Source: Marsupella aquatica
Lineage: Eukaryota; Plantae; Marchantiophyta
Assembly: GCA_973895155.1 (NCBI GenBank)
Contig: OZ316894.1
Coordinates: forward strand, 25,046,709-25,110,708
DNA: 64,000 nucleotides
Direction of reading: 5' to 3'
The translations under genes and the position numbers were made by a program. This document shows, piece by piece, positions 39,568 to 49,637 of the stretch. Position 1 is the stretch's first letter. Every line of letters begins with the position of its first letter. Under the pieces are notes generated by a model. It saw nothing but the letters and a program-made list of their open reading frames with translations. It had not been told where the DNA came from and made no database searches.

Positions 39568-41255
39568 ACCAATCACGCCTGTTTGGTAGGCTACTACAGT
39601 AGGTTCAAAACCAACAATTTTTCACAAGGGTACAGGGACTCTTATTTTCAACAAATATTTACTTTTGGCGGCAACCACATGTCACCACGGTAGTTCCGGA
39701 CAGGAGCCAATGAACCACCAATCATGCCCAGTTCATAGGTTCAGTACCTAAACTTTTGTCTAGGGACTCTAGTTTTCACCAATTTTTTTATGACCAATCA
39801 TGGCTGGTTGATAAGGTCACTAGGTCAGTACCTAATTTTTCTGGCTAGGGACTCAAATTATCGACAATTAATTATCACCAATTATGCCTGGTTGATAGGT
39901 TCAGTACCTATAATTTTTTCTGGGGACTCAAATTTTCAGCATATATTTATCACCAATCAGGCCTAGTTGATAGGTTCAGTACTGACCAATAATTCACTCT
40001 GGGGACTCAGATTTATCACCAATCATGCCTGGTTGATAGGCTCTACCTATAATGTTTTTCTCTTGGGACTCAGAATTTCACCGTATATTTATCACTGATC
40101 ATGCTTGGTTGATAGGTTCAGTACCTAGAATTCTATGTAGGGACTCAAATTTTAAGCATATATTTATCACCGATCAGGCCTACTTGATAGTTTCAGTACC
40201 TACGATTTTCTGTGGGGACTCAAATTTTCAACATATATTTATCACCAATCAGGCCTAGTTGATAGGTAGTACCTATGATTTTCTCTGGGGACTCAAATTT
40301 TCAACAGATATTTATCACCAATCAGGCCTGGTTGATATGCTCAGTACCTAAATTGTTATCTAGGGACTCAAATTTTCAACAATTACACTCATGCCAAGCT
40401 GATAGGTTCAGTACTTAAGTTTTCTCCAGGGACTCAGAATTTTAACAATTATGTATCACCAACGGCCTGGTGGATAGGTTCAATACCCATTTTGTTTTGT
40501 CTGGGGACTAACTGATCAATAATTATATATCACCAATCAGGCTTTGGTTAATAGGTTCAGTACCTAAAGTTCTCTCTAGGGCTTCAACTTTCAACTCCTC
40601 TCCTGTGCCATTTTGCTTCACAATTAAAAAAAAAAGTACTAAAAAAAAGGTACTACTTATGGTGGAACTTGGTGGCTCCAGGTCTTATCATGTCTAGTGC
40701 TGGTTTTAGTTTTCTCCCCTGACTCAAAATTTAAACAATTATATATCACCAATGGCCTGGTTGATAGGTGGTTTAAGTTTTCTCGAGGGAATAAAATTTT
40801 GAACAATTATATATCTCCAATGACCTGCTTGATAGGTTCAGTGCCGATTGTTTTTATCTTGGGACTCAAATCATCAACAACTGTACCAACTTATTTTCTA
40901 AGTGCAAAATTTAGCCAAATTACTCCTCCCCATAAAATGTTGGCCACTTTTGGAAAATATTTGCTATATTTTTTCAACACCATTAGCCACTCTTCTACCA
41001 AATCATGGACCCCATTAGTCACAATCTACCGGTCCTCCTTACCTTAAATCTAGAGATATCTGAAGGTCAAAAATGCAATTCAATAAAATTTGATAGTGAA
41101 TATTCTTAGAATCTCCATAGTAAACATTTGTCAGAGTGACTAAAAATAAAAAACTTTAAAAAATAAGCTGAACTGTACAGCACCAATCGGGCCTGGTTGA
41201 TAGGTTCAACACCTAAAGTTATCTCTAGGAGTCTAGGGACTCAGATTTTCAAGAA
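39568..41255. repeat. ~75-bp minisatellite, roughly 15-16 degenerate copies plus an outlier at ~41181
   Basis: Consensus atcaccaatcaggcctggttgataggttcagtaccta...ctggggactcaaattttcaaca.atattt. Confidence 0.92.
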
Positions 41256-41844
41256 TTATTTAGGTTTGGCGCGAACCTGGTTGTGACTACGGTATTCCAC
41301 TATTCCCGGACAGCGAGCAGGTCGACGAAGGCAGTCATGCGTGAAGCATGTCGAAGCAACTGACAAAGCGAATATTGCTGCAACTTCCTGTCGTGCAAAA
41401 GCAACGCGGTAATTACGCTCTGGACCATTCGTTCTTGGATGATTACATCGACGATACCGTAACAGAATGCTCAATGCTGGCTGTGCGCCTTCACGCCCCA
41501 CGATTCGACTTTGGCATTCACACTCGCAACGTAGGTAGAGTTAAACTCGGTACGTGAAATCGACAAATCAATGCTGAGCGACTCTCTTTCAAGACTGGCA
41601 TTGTACTTCGAGATTCCTGACATACCACATGCTGAGCGAGTACAATCCCTGGCAATCCGCATGCTTAGAGACGTGTGATTTCGGAGCATTCAGAGTACGG
41701 CCCTAGAACTGAACACGATAATAATAGGAGATCGATGTGGACTTGTGGAGTGTGGTGATCAGGCTTATCCATCGCTCACTCATGAGACAGATGTTCCGAG
41801 AAATTATTCTATCGACAGTAGTGAGCAGAAGGAAAATTCCAGTG

Positions 41845-42090
41845 TCAGCAGCGCAGGAAAAGGTCGATCGTCTGATTTGTGTCGGCACAGTTCCGACGAT
41901 CTCAAACCGGACGAAGGTCAATCCGGACGAAGAGGCGAAGACTTCATCGAGACAACCCTCACCGAGAGCAGCGGCGCAAGAAAAGGTTGATCCTCTGATT
42001 GTGTCGGCACAATTCCAACGATCTCAAACCGGACGAAGGTCAATCCGGACGAAGGACGAAGACTTCATCGAAACATAAGTCACGGAGAGC
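41845..42090. repeat. ~120-bp tandem duplication
   Basis: gtgtcggcaca.ttcc.acgatctcaaaccggacgaaggtcaatccggacgaag...gaagacttcatcga occurs twice. Confidence 0.88.
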
Positions 42091-42359
42091 AGCATTACTG
42101 CAGGACTCGCATAACCGTGAGCTCTTTCGTGCTGCAAGATTGGGGTGCAACGAAAGGCCCCTCTGTATACCGTCTCCGTTTCGCTCTTGTGTTCCGAATT
42201 TGGAGAAGTGCACTCGTCTCGGCGTCTGTCAGGGAGGGACGCAGAGGGGCCGAGAAGATCTCTAATGTCGTCGGAGCGGTGACGAAGACGTCACGATAAC
42301 TAATTCCATTTTGTCCGAAATCTTGTCTGGAAGATTTTGTTGATCTTTCCAATCGGTCG

Positions 42360-42361
<2 letters not shown>

Positions 42362-42397
<36 letters not shown>
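42362..42397. repeat. (AG)n microsatellite
   Basis: ~18 AG units upstream of the long ORF, in a likely 5' UTR/promoter. Confidence 0.95.
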
Positions 42398-42399
<2 letters not shown>

Positions 42400-42684
42400 T
42401 CTTTCTGTTCGTCAGGAGCCCTTGCTGAGCCTGGAAGATAGACAACTCTATTTTTTCGGAATCTTGAGGAAGACTTGCGACTTTGCGGGTCCGTCCGTTG
42501 TACGATTCTCGAGAGAGAAATTGAATTTTTGAAGTCCACATAATCATCCGCAGCAAGGGGCGGGGGACAGGGCGAACGTCCGCGCAGGCAAGAGAGCTTG
42601 CCAAGAAGTGATAGGAGAGAAAACACACTCACATTGTGGAGAAGGGGCACATTGTAGAGAGTGGGAGAGAGGTCTGGAGGAAGG

Positions 42685-44418
42685 ATGGTATTGCAAGTAG
42701 ATATCGGCGAGATTTTGGCCCTGGCATGGAACAATCCCCTATACACAGGTGGTCTGGTATTGCTATTCACTCCCCCCGTGTTTCGCGTGGTCATCTTCTT
42801 TTACCCGCTCCTCATATCCACGGCGCTATGCGCCGTAGCGCTCGTTAGCGTGGGGCAGCAAATCGAAGCTTCGAGGGAAAGAGAAATAGCCGGTTGGAAT
42901 GCGAAAATTGTGGACGGAGACGGCCTTGTGTCAAGGCTTGGGAGTGCCACAGGCCCGCGGAACAATGGTCCAAGGGAGGACGCTTGGCTGAAATTGGTTC
43001 AGGACCTTGAACCACCGAGGTCTGCTTCCAATAATGATTCCGAGCAGAGCAATTGTACGAATGATGACAACAAGGATGAAGTACTGAAGAAACATCAATT
43101 TCGCGTCTATGACGGCCGGATGGTGTTCCTGGACGATCAAGATCTCCTTGATCGCCAAATTGAGGCGTTTCGCGAATACGAAAGGAAGTTCAGCGCTAAG
43201 ACTCGGGCTGAGGCCAGAGTAGCTAGTGCCATTGACGCTTCCTCGAACGGTGTCGCTTTGCCGGGCACTACCTCTTCTCCTTCAACGCCAACAATATCCG
43301 TCCCGAGAAAGCCCGATAGTAATTGGGATGCTCCGGCGCGGACAATCCCCCCAATGGTTCTCTACAATTTGAGAACTGGAGGAACGGGAATGGCCGGGAA
43401 GGCCAGTAGTGGCACGGAAGCAGAACCTCTATCAGGCCGTGCGGCAGGACCTCCGGCTTCGCCGCGCACTAGCTCCTCTCCTTCTACGAGGACGATATCG
43501 GTCCCAGAACAACGCGATAGCAATTGCGATGTTCCCACTGACTCGAACGGCTGCCCTTCGCCAGGCACTAGCCCTTCTCCTTCGACGAGGAAGAACTCCG
43601 TCCCAGAAAATCGTGGTAGTGATTGTGCTCCTTCCACGCGGAAAGTCCCCCCCATGGTTCTCTACAATCTTAGAACTGGAGGAACGGGAAGGGACGGGAA
43701 GGCAGGTAAGGAAACGGTAGGAGAAGCGCGTTCCAGCTCGTCAGGAGTTCCGGCAGCTGTAACTGGTTCGCAGGAGGAGGCATATGTCGCCGAAGGCATT
43801 CCTAATGGCAGTTTTGACAGCTTCTCTAGGACCGTCAATGTTGTCGAGAGGTCATTCGGGATGCAGCGGTGGCTGGGTGACCCGCTGCCAGCGCCACTGC
43901 AGAAGCAGAGCAGTAGTGTTTTTGAAACATGTACAACTGATGCGACGACTCCAGCGGCGGGGACGGAAGCGAGTCCTTTCGCCACTGTAAAGAATTTGAA
44001 TCGCAGTGCCTCTACGAAGAATGTTCCTTGGCCTGGATTGGTCAAGCCGCACTATCCGTTGGAAGGACAGCTAGAGGACTTCAAAAACTCGTTTGGAGGG
44101 ATGGAGAAGGATAGTTTTAAGACAAGTGTTTTCTCCCAGAAAGGTCCTGCAATTATTCCTAGCAGTGTTGCGTCCTTTGCGACGCGTTCTGAGGAAAGCC
44201 ACAGATCTCCTACAGGGAAGGCGAGTCTAAAGAGACTTTTCGCGCCTCTCGGTCCTAAAATTGATTCTAGGCCAGCAAAACCTGTTGAGGAGAGGACCCT
44301 CAGACGAGCTCGCACGCACAATTCTTCATTGAGATTCGGCAATTCTGTCATTTACAATGCAGATTCCAATGTGGTGTCATCGACACGAAAAAGTTACGGT
44401 TCAGGTCAAAGGAAATGA
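42685..44418 (+). CDS. Uncharacterised intronless protein (~577 aa): N-terminal transmembrane segments plus disordered repeat-containing tail
   Basis: 1.7-kb open frame, first ATG 42685; hydrophobic NPLYTGGLVLLFTPPVFRVVIFFYPLLISTALCAVALVSVG; PPMVLYNLRTGGTG twice, 300 bp apart. Confidence 0.8.
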   Translation: MVLQVDIGEILALAWNNPLYTGGLVLLFTPPVFRVVIFFYPLLISTALCAVALVSVGQQIEASREREIAGWNAKIVDGDGLVSRLGSATGPRNNGPREDAWLKLVQDLEPPRSASNNDSEQSNCTNDDNKDEVLKKHQFRVYDGRMVFLDDQDLLDRQIEAFREYERKFSAKTRAEARVASAIDASSNGVALPGTTSSPSTPTISVPRKPDSNWDAPARTIPPMVLYNLRTGGTGMAGKASSGTEAEPLSGRAAGPPASPRTSSSPSTRTISVPEQRDSNCDVPTDSNGCPSPGTSPSPSTRKNSVPENRGSDCAPSTRKVPPMVLYNLRTGGTGRDGKAGKETVGEARSSSSGVPAAVTGSQEEAYVAEGIPNGSFDSFSRTVNVVERSFGMQRWLGDPLPAPLQKQSSSVFETCTTDATTPAAGTEASPFATVKNLNRSASTKNVPWPGLVKPHYPLEGQLEDFKNSFGGMEKDSFKTSVFSQKGPAIIPSSVASFATRSEESHRSPTGKASLKRLFAPLGPKIDSRPAKPVEERTLRRARTHNSSLRFGNSVIYNADSNVVSSTRKSYGSGQRK

Positions 44419-44429
44419 TCGAGTAAGGG

Positions 44430-45110
44430 GGCCACGACATGATAGTTCCCTTCATTCCTGGTACAACTTGCTCGAGTGTCTTGTGGTATTCCTCTGGCTT
44501 TCAGACGTTGGTCACGTCTCGTACACAGAAATTGTGTCTCCAAATTTACTCCGAGAAAGAATGGGTCACAAAGCTTCGACATCTTTCACTGAACACAAGT
44601 TCACTGCTTCGGGTTGGAGCTTCTGCAGCAATGGCCACCGCAATTTAATAATTTGTTCATCGGGATCATTCTGGAGCGGCTGACAACTTCCAGTGAACAC
44701 AAGTTCACAGCTTCGGGTCGGAGCTTCTGCGGCAATGGCCACCGCAGGTTTACTAATTTGTTCATCGGGATCATTCTGGAGCCGCAACGTCAACTGCGCT
44801 TGCCGCTGGACTGCACAATGGGGTGCAGAAGGAGGTGGACTGTGCGGTAATAGGATATAGAGTTGTCGGCATTGCAGTTGCTTGAGAGACAGCAAAGCAG
44901 GGACGAGAAGTTTCTGGTGCTGGAAGCAGCGAGGGAAGAGGAACAGGCACGAGCTCTCGAATCACCGAAGTCATTCAAGCTGGAATATATGATCCTCCCG
45001 GGTCACCGAAGGTACATAGCCGGTTTGAGTTTGAGGTCTTCCCTTCAGTAGGTTGCTATCAGGTCCTTCTAGTTGGTTCTGTTGTCATTGGTTGAGGGAA
45101 TCCTGTATGT
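44430..45110 (+). pseudogene. Duplicated, disrupted copy of L2HGDH exon 1 and the start of intron 1
   Basis: Aligns by eye to the reverse complement of ~55130-55793 (e.g. gagttgtcggcattgcagttgc, gtgctggaagcagc, gaagtcattca.gctggaatatat); TGA at 44883; frameshifts; internal ~105-bp duplication. Confidence 0.9.
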
Positions 45111-46119
45111 TATAATAGCTGTAAGTTTCCAAAGTGGTTGGATGATAAATTTTAGCGGTCCTGAAAGCTCGACGATTTCCAGGAATTGAGATTAGTGTTG
45201 CATACACGTCGATGTAGGTACCGATTTGAAATTAGAAGTTGGGGAAAATTATGAATCTGTCAGCTAAGACTGTAAATAATGCCGCAGATCTTTCTCCTCA
45301 AGCTGTCGCATGAAAAGAGAGAGGGCTCCTGCTCGATGCCCATTTGAACAAGGTATATATCAAACGATGCCTACTGCTTTTTCGTTTTTGGTAATTTATC
45401 TTTCAAGTGTTCTGGTCACTTATCAGATTTTTCTACAAACCGGAATGACAAAAATGGTGTCTTCATGTACGCATGTGTGTATGTAAAACATGGTATCTTC
45501 CAGATTGGGGTTCTGCGGCGAAGTGCAGGAAAAAAATAATGCCTTAATGGTACTGGGATTTTTGGTGGGATCTACGCAGTAAATTCATTACTTCTGAATT
45601 TTGTACTTGCTTTAAAGGCGGGCTTTGCAGGGCAACATCAACCAATCTGAGATGGAAAGGAAGAAGGCTGATAAAGAAGAAGCTGAGAAGGAGAAGTTCT
45701 CGAAGAAGCAAAGAAAGGTCAAGCTATACCTATGGTGCCTGCCCGAAGAAGTATTTCTATTGATAAAAGCTTGTGTGAATATTACTGGTTTGAGTCTATT
45801 ATCATGTAAATGAAAGATAACACCCTTGTCAAGGCAGTTGATCAAGTAAAGTTTTGCATATCTTTTGCTTAGCAATAAGCTCACTCATACAACAGGAAAG
45901 TGATTAAACCGTAAGTTTCTTTTCATCATACCCCAATTTCTCAATGGTAATTATAGGAGAACACAAATTCAATTTGATGTTTCCGTTCTCTTTTGATGGT
46001 GGGTGAGACTGCACTTTCGTCTCCCAGTGGTGTTATAATCAACAGCACAGTGGGAAATGATTTAACGGAAAAATAGTTGGCCAATTTGGGCCAACTTGTA
46101 GTTATATACGTACATTTTA

Positions 46120-46480
46120 GGCTCTATAGTTAGCTCTACAGTTAGCTCTACACTTCTACACCAGGAGTCAACCCTTCAGTAGTCAATCTGAGAATCATTC
46201 AGGCATTATAATTATGTGCATTTCTAGCTCTACAGCTCTACTGCTCTACCACGGGTACAACTCCAATTAAACCTTCAGTATTCAATCTAAAGAAATCGGC
46301 AGGCATTGAATGTGCATTTTTTAGCTCTACATTTCCACACCAGGTACACGTGCACTTCCCCCTTCAGTATTGAATCTAAGAACCAGGCCGGCATTGAATG
46401 TGCATTCACTAGCTTTACAGTTCAACACCTGGTATAACAATTAAACCTTCAGTTCAATCTAAGTATCAGGCAGGCATTGC
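46120..46480. repeat. ~90-bp degenerate tandem repeat (~4 copies)
   Basis: ccttcagta.tcaatct.ag...ggcatt...tgtgcatt...tagct(c/t)taca recurs. Confidence 0.8.
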
Positions 46481-47603
46481 AGATACCATTTTCGCATGGC
46501 CATGAACCTCCTTCACCCACTCCGAATTCCCCGCACTTGCAGCTGCATTCAGGATGTTCGTAACAGGGATTACATTCGATTGGAAGCCTTCCACTCTCAT
46601 TTGGAGAAACAGCCTTCTCGACAAGCTTCATGCCCACTCCATGATGTGTAAGACCACTGATCATTACATTACATTACATCCCATCCCATGTAACTAAATC
46701 CTTGTTTCTCGACTCTCTCAAAAGCCTGACTGGTCATCTATACTGCCACCTTTGCATACATAGGTAGTGCCATACCTGACTGGCGTCATATGTACTGCCA
46801 CTCTTTTGCATACATAGGTGGTGCCATTTTATTTTTGTCCGTGTCTTCTGAGGGATGTTCTAAATTTTCGTAGGTGTACCGGAGGTGGGGCTATTATATT
46901 TTGGTGCTGGTGTGTTTTGAGTTCTCCTCACCATAGCAACACCCTACAAACTTTTGTCTTATCATACCAGCCCTTTCCGCACCTTCTTACTTATTATGGG
47001 GTTTTAGTATGACCATTTTTTATTCTATCTATCCTCCCACTTCTCCCACATTTTGACGTACTACTAGCCCAAAAAGCGGAAGGGCTCCTTGTATACAGAC
47101 CCCCATACCCGTCCCTGGTTAGAGCATCCCCACCGGTGCTCGCCATCGGGCTGCGGGCTGGCATATCGCAGATTATACAGGGTTAAGGCATTTTATTGGG
47201 TTGCACCGGTGCTCACCGGTGCTCACCGGTGCTCCGTATCGCGAAAATTTATGCAGGTGTTTGCGTCCAGCAATTTCCTGACCGGAATACTTGGCCCTTT
47301 TCCAGGTCCGCATTCCCCTTTTGCCAATGCTGCCAAACATCATCTACGCTCCAGCCCGCGCCACATGTTGACATCCCAGGCACCCTGCAGCGTTCCCTCA
47401 TTTTTTTCTGAAATTGGCGCCAGTGTCTGCATTCGAAGGCAGAGCTCTGCCAAAGCTTGTCGAGTGTGCTCTGCCAGCCTTGTCGAGTGCACAGTGCAGC
47501 ACACGTTTTTCTGTGCACCTATTGTGGTCCCGACTCCCGAATTTTAACGTACAGCACAGTTCATGCACAGTGATTGACAGTGTCTTGTGTGTGATCTGAC
47601 GAC

Positions 47604-48548
47604 ATGGCCCAACGAGGGAAGAATTTTAGTCCAGCAGAACTGAAGCAACTTTGCTACTCATACCTAGAGATTTCACAAGACCCGTGTGTTGGGTCTGGGC
47701 AAAAGAGGGAGAATTTTTGGGAACGTGTCGGAGAGCACTACGATAGAAATAAGCCAAAAGGACTTGAGAGTAGAACAGCAAAATCGCTTGAGAGCAAGTG
47801 GGGCGATGTTCGGAAGGCCACAACTCGTTTTATTGGATGCTATAAATCAGTCGAGGATCTTGACATTTCTGGTACCAATAGCGATGACACATTGAATAAG
47901 GCAAAAGAGTTGTACAAGACTCGACATTCAAAGGGGAAAGATTTTTCGTTTCCAGTGTGCTACGGCATTCTCAAGGACTGCCCAAGGTGGATGCTGCCAG
48001 AAGACCAGATGTCCAAGGGAAATGGCAAACGGAAGCAGCCAGTGGGGACACCATGTAGGGAGCAAGGAGATCAGGAGTACACCCGCTTGTCAGACGAGGG
48101 GCCAAACAATCTTCAGTCCGAAGCAGAGAAGGACCCAAATGAGCAGGACAGTTCTCAAGGAAATTCAAGCAAGAGACCGCTTGGAACCAAGCTAGCAAAG
48201 GAGAATGCAAAGAAACTAAAAGCTCATGAAGATGCTTTCAAGATGGCTGCCCAAGCTCAAAAGGTGATGGCTAAAACAGGAGTGCAACGTTTGAGAGTTT
48301 TGGAAAGCCAAACATTCATGAATATGCTTACCTTGCCTACAGCGCACCTCGACAGTGACACATTGGACTTTTTGAGAGTTTGGAAAAGTAATGAAATGGC
48401 CAAGTTGATGGACAGGATCTCAACTGGGAGCCCTCCAGTACACTCCCCTTTCCCACCCAGGGCATCTAGGACTTCACTTCCAAGTCCACTGCCTAGTGAT
48501 GAAGAGTCTTCACCGGCAGATGAAATTGATCGAGCATCCCCCCAGTAG
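47604..48548 (+). CDS. Harbinger ORF1: Myb/SANT-like DNA-binding protein with NAM-associated-type region
   Basis: NFSPAELKQLCYSYLEISQDPCVGSGQKRENFWERV...SLESKW; FSFPVCYGILKDCPRW; KRPLGTKLAKE. Confidence 0.9.
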   Translation: MAQRGKNFSPAELKQLCYSYLEISQDPCVGSGQKRENFWERVGEHYDRNKPKGLESRTAKSLESKWGDVRKATTRFIGCYKSVEDLDISGTNSDDTLNKAKELYKTRHSKGKDFSFPVCYGILKDCPRWMLPEDQMSKGNGKRKQPVGTPCREQGDQEYTRLSDEGPNNLQSEAEKDPNEQDSSQGNSSKRPLGTKLAKENAKKLKAHEDAFKMAAQAQKVMAKTGVQRLRVLESQTFMNMLTLPTAHLDSDTLDFLRVWKSNEMAKLMDRISTGSPPVHSPFPPRASRTSLPSPLPSDEESSPADEIDRASPQ

Positions 48549-49173
48549 TCAATTAAAATTCTTAGAATTTTTTTTATGTTTCGCTTTATATGCGTATATG
48601 TACTCAATTCTAAATTGAAGTTTTTTGGACCAATTGCTGGTAAATTGTGACTCAATTTGTAACTCAATTATGCTCTGCAATTAATTTGTGAAGCGTGCAT
48701 GCCCCAATTGTCACATGTACAAGCTCGTAAGATTGTGTGCCCCAATGTCAGGCAATTCAGTATGGCCTTGTCTCCCATGGTACAGACCTGAGAGCTCCAC
48801 TGTACAGACCTTTAGAGCTCCCACGGTACAGACATGTGAGCTTCTCGGTACAGGCCTGACATCTTCTCGGTCTTGTCACCAGGCTGGGGCAAGTTTCGTG
48901 GTCTTTTATTGTGCACACCAGGATTTCCAACAGCTTGTGTTTTTTTGTGCAAGCAGGTTTGAGAAGCTTGCATTTTTTGGCCTATCTTGCTTGCATTTTC
49001 TTGCCTGGGGAAAGCCTGCTGAAATTTCGCCTTCACAAATCTGTAATATCTGGAGAAAGGAGTTGCCCAAAGCTCCTTATTTCAGGTTCAATTAGGTGTT
49101 GGGAGGTCGTGGTATTGGTGTGCGCAGGGGCTGAGGAAGCTATTCGACTTGAAAGTACCGGCCCTCATCAAGT

Positions 49174-49413
49174 ATGTCAACTTCGAGCTCGAAAAGCTCC
49201 ACTGCTCGTTCACAGCCAGTGCCATCCATTGTGAGGCCCATGCATAGTAAAACTCCCATTGCAAAGGAGAAGGCCCCACAGCAACCGAGACAGAAGACTC
49301 CTGTCGTTCACTATGTGCTGAATGAGTGGGCTTCAAATTCGTATGAGCGAGCCCTCCTTCGCAGCCTACAGGAGTCAGACGACAATGAGGAAGAAGATCA
49401 ATTTGACACTTGA
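49174..49413 (+). CDS. Possible small extra ORF (79 aa) inside the transposon
   Basis: ATG-initiated, Ser/Pro/Lys-rich start and acidic tail; preceded by an intron-like T-rich tract; no known domain. Confidence 0.25.
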   Translation: MSTSSSKSSTARSQPVPSIVRPMHSKTPIAKEKAPQQPRQKTPVVHYVLNEWASNSYERALLRSLQESDDNEEEDQFDT

Positions 49414-49637
49414 ACGGTTGTGGGTCGGTATCGGTCTTTGCACATCATTTTCGTGCACTGCCATTGACGTCAATGTTGAAGATATTGTCTTACAGTACGT
49501 AGAGAGAAAGTTCTACAAAGTTGATTTTTGTATAGCACACAGCTCTGCCAAAGTTCTACAAAGCTGACTTTTGTATACCACACAGCTGAATAAAAAGTTT
49601 TATTGTTCATGTATTTTCATACAATGCTTCTAGGCAA

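Noticed and set aside
39568-41255. CRISPR-like array
   Set aside because: The variable parts are short diverged versions of one another, not unique spacers. The repeats are degenerate, there are no cas genes, and the context is eukaryotic.
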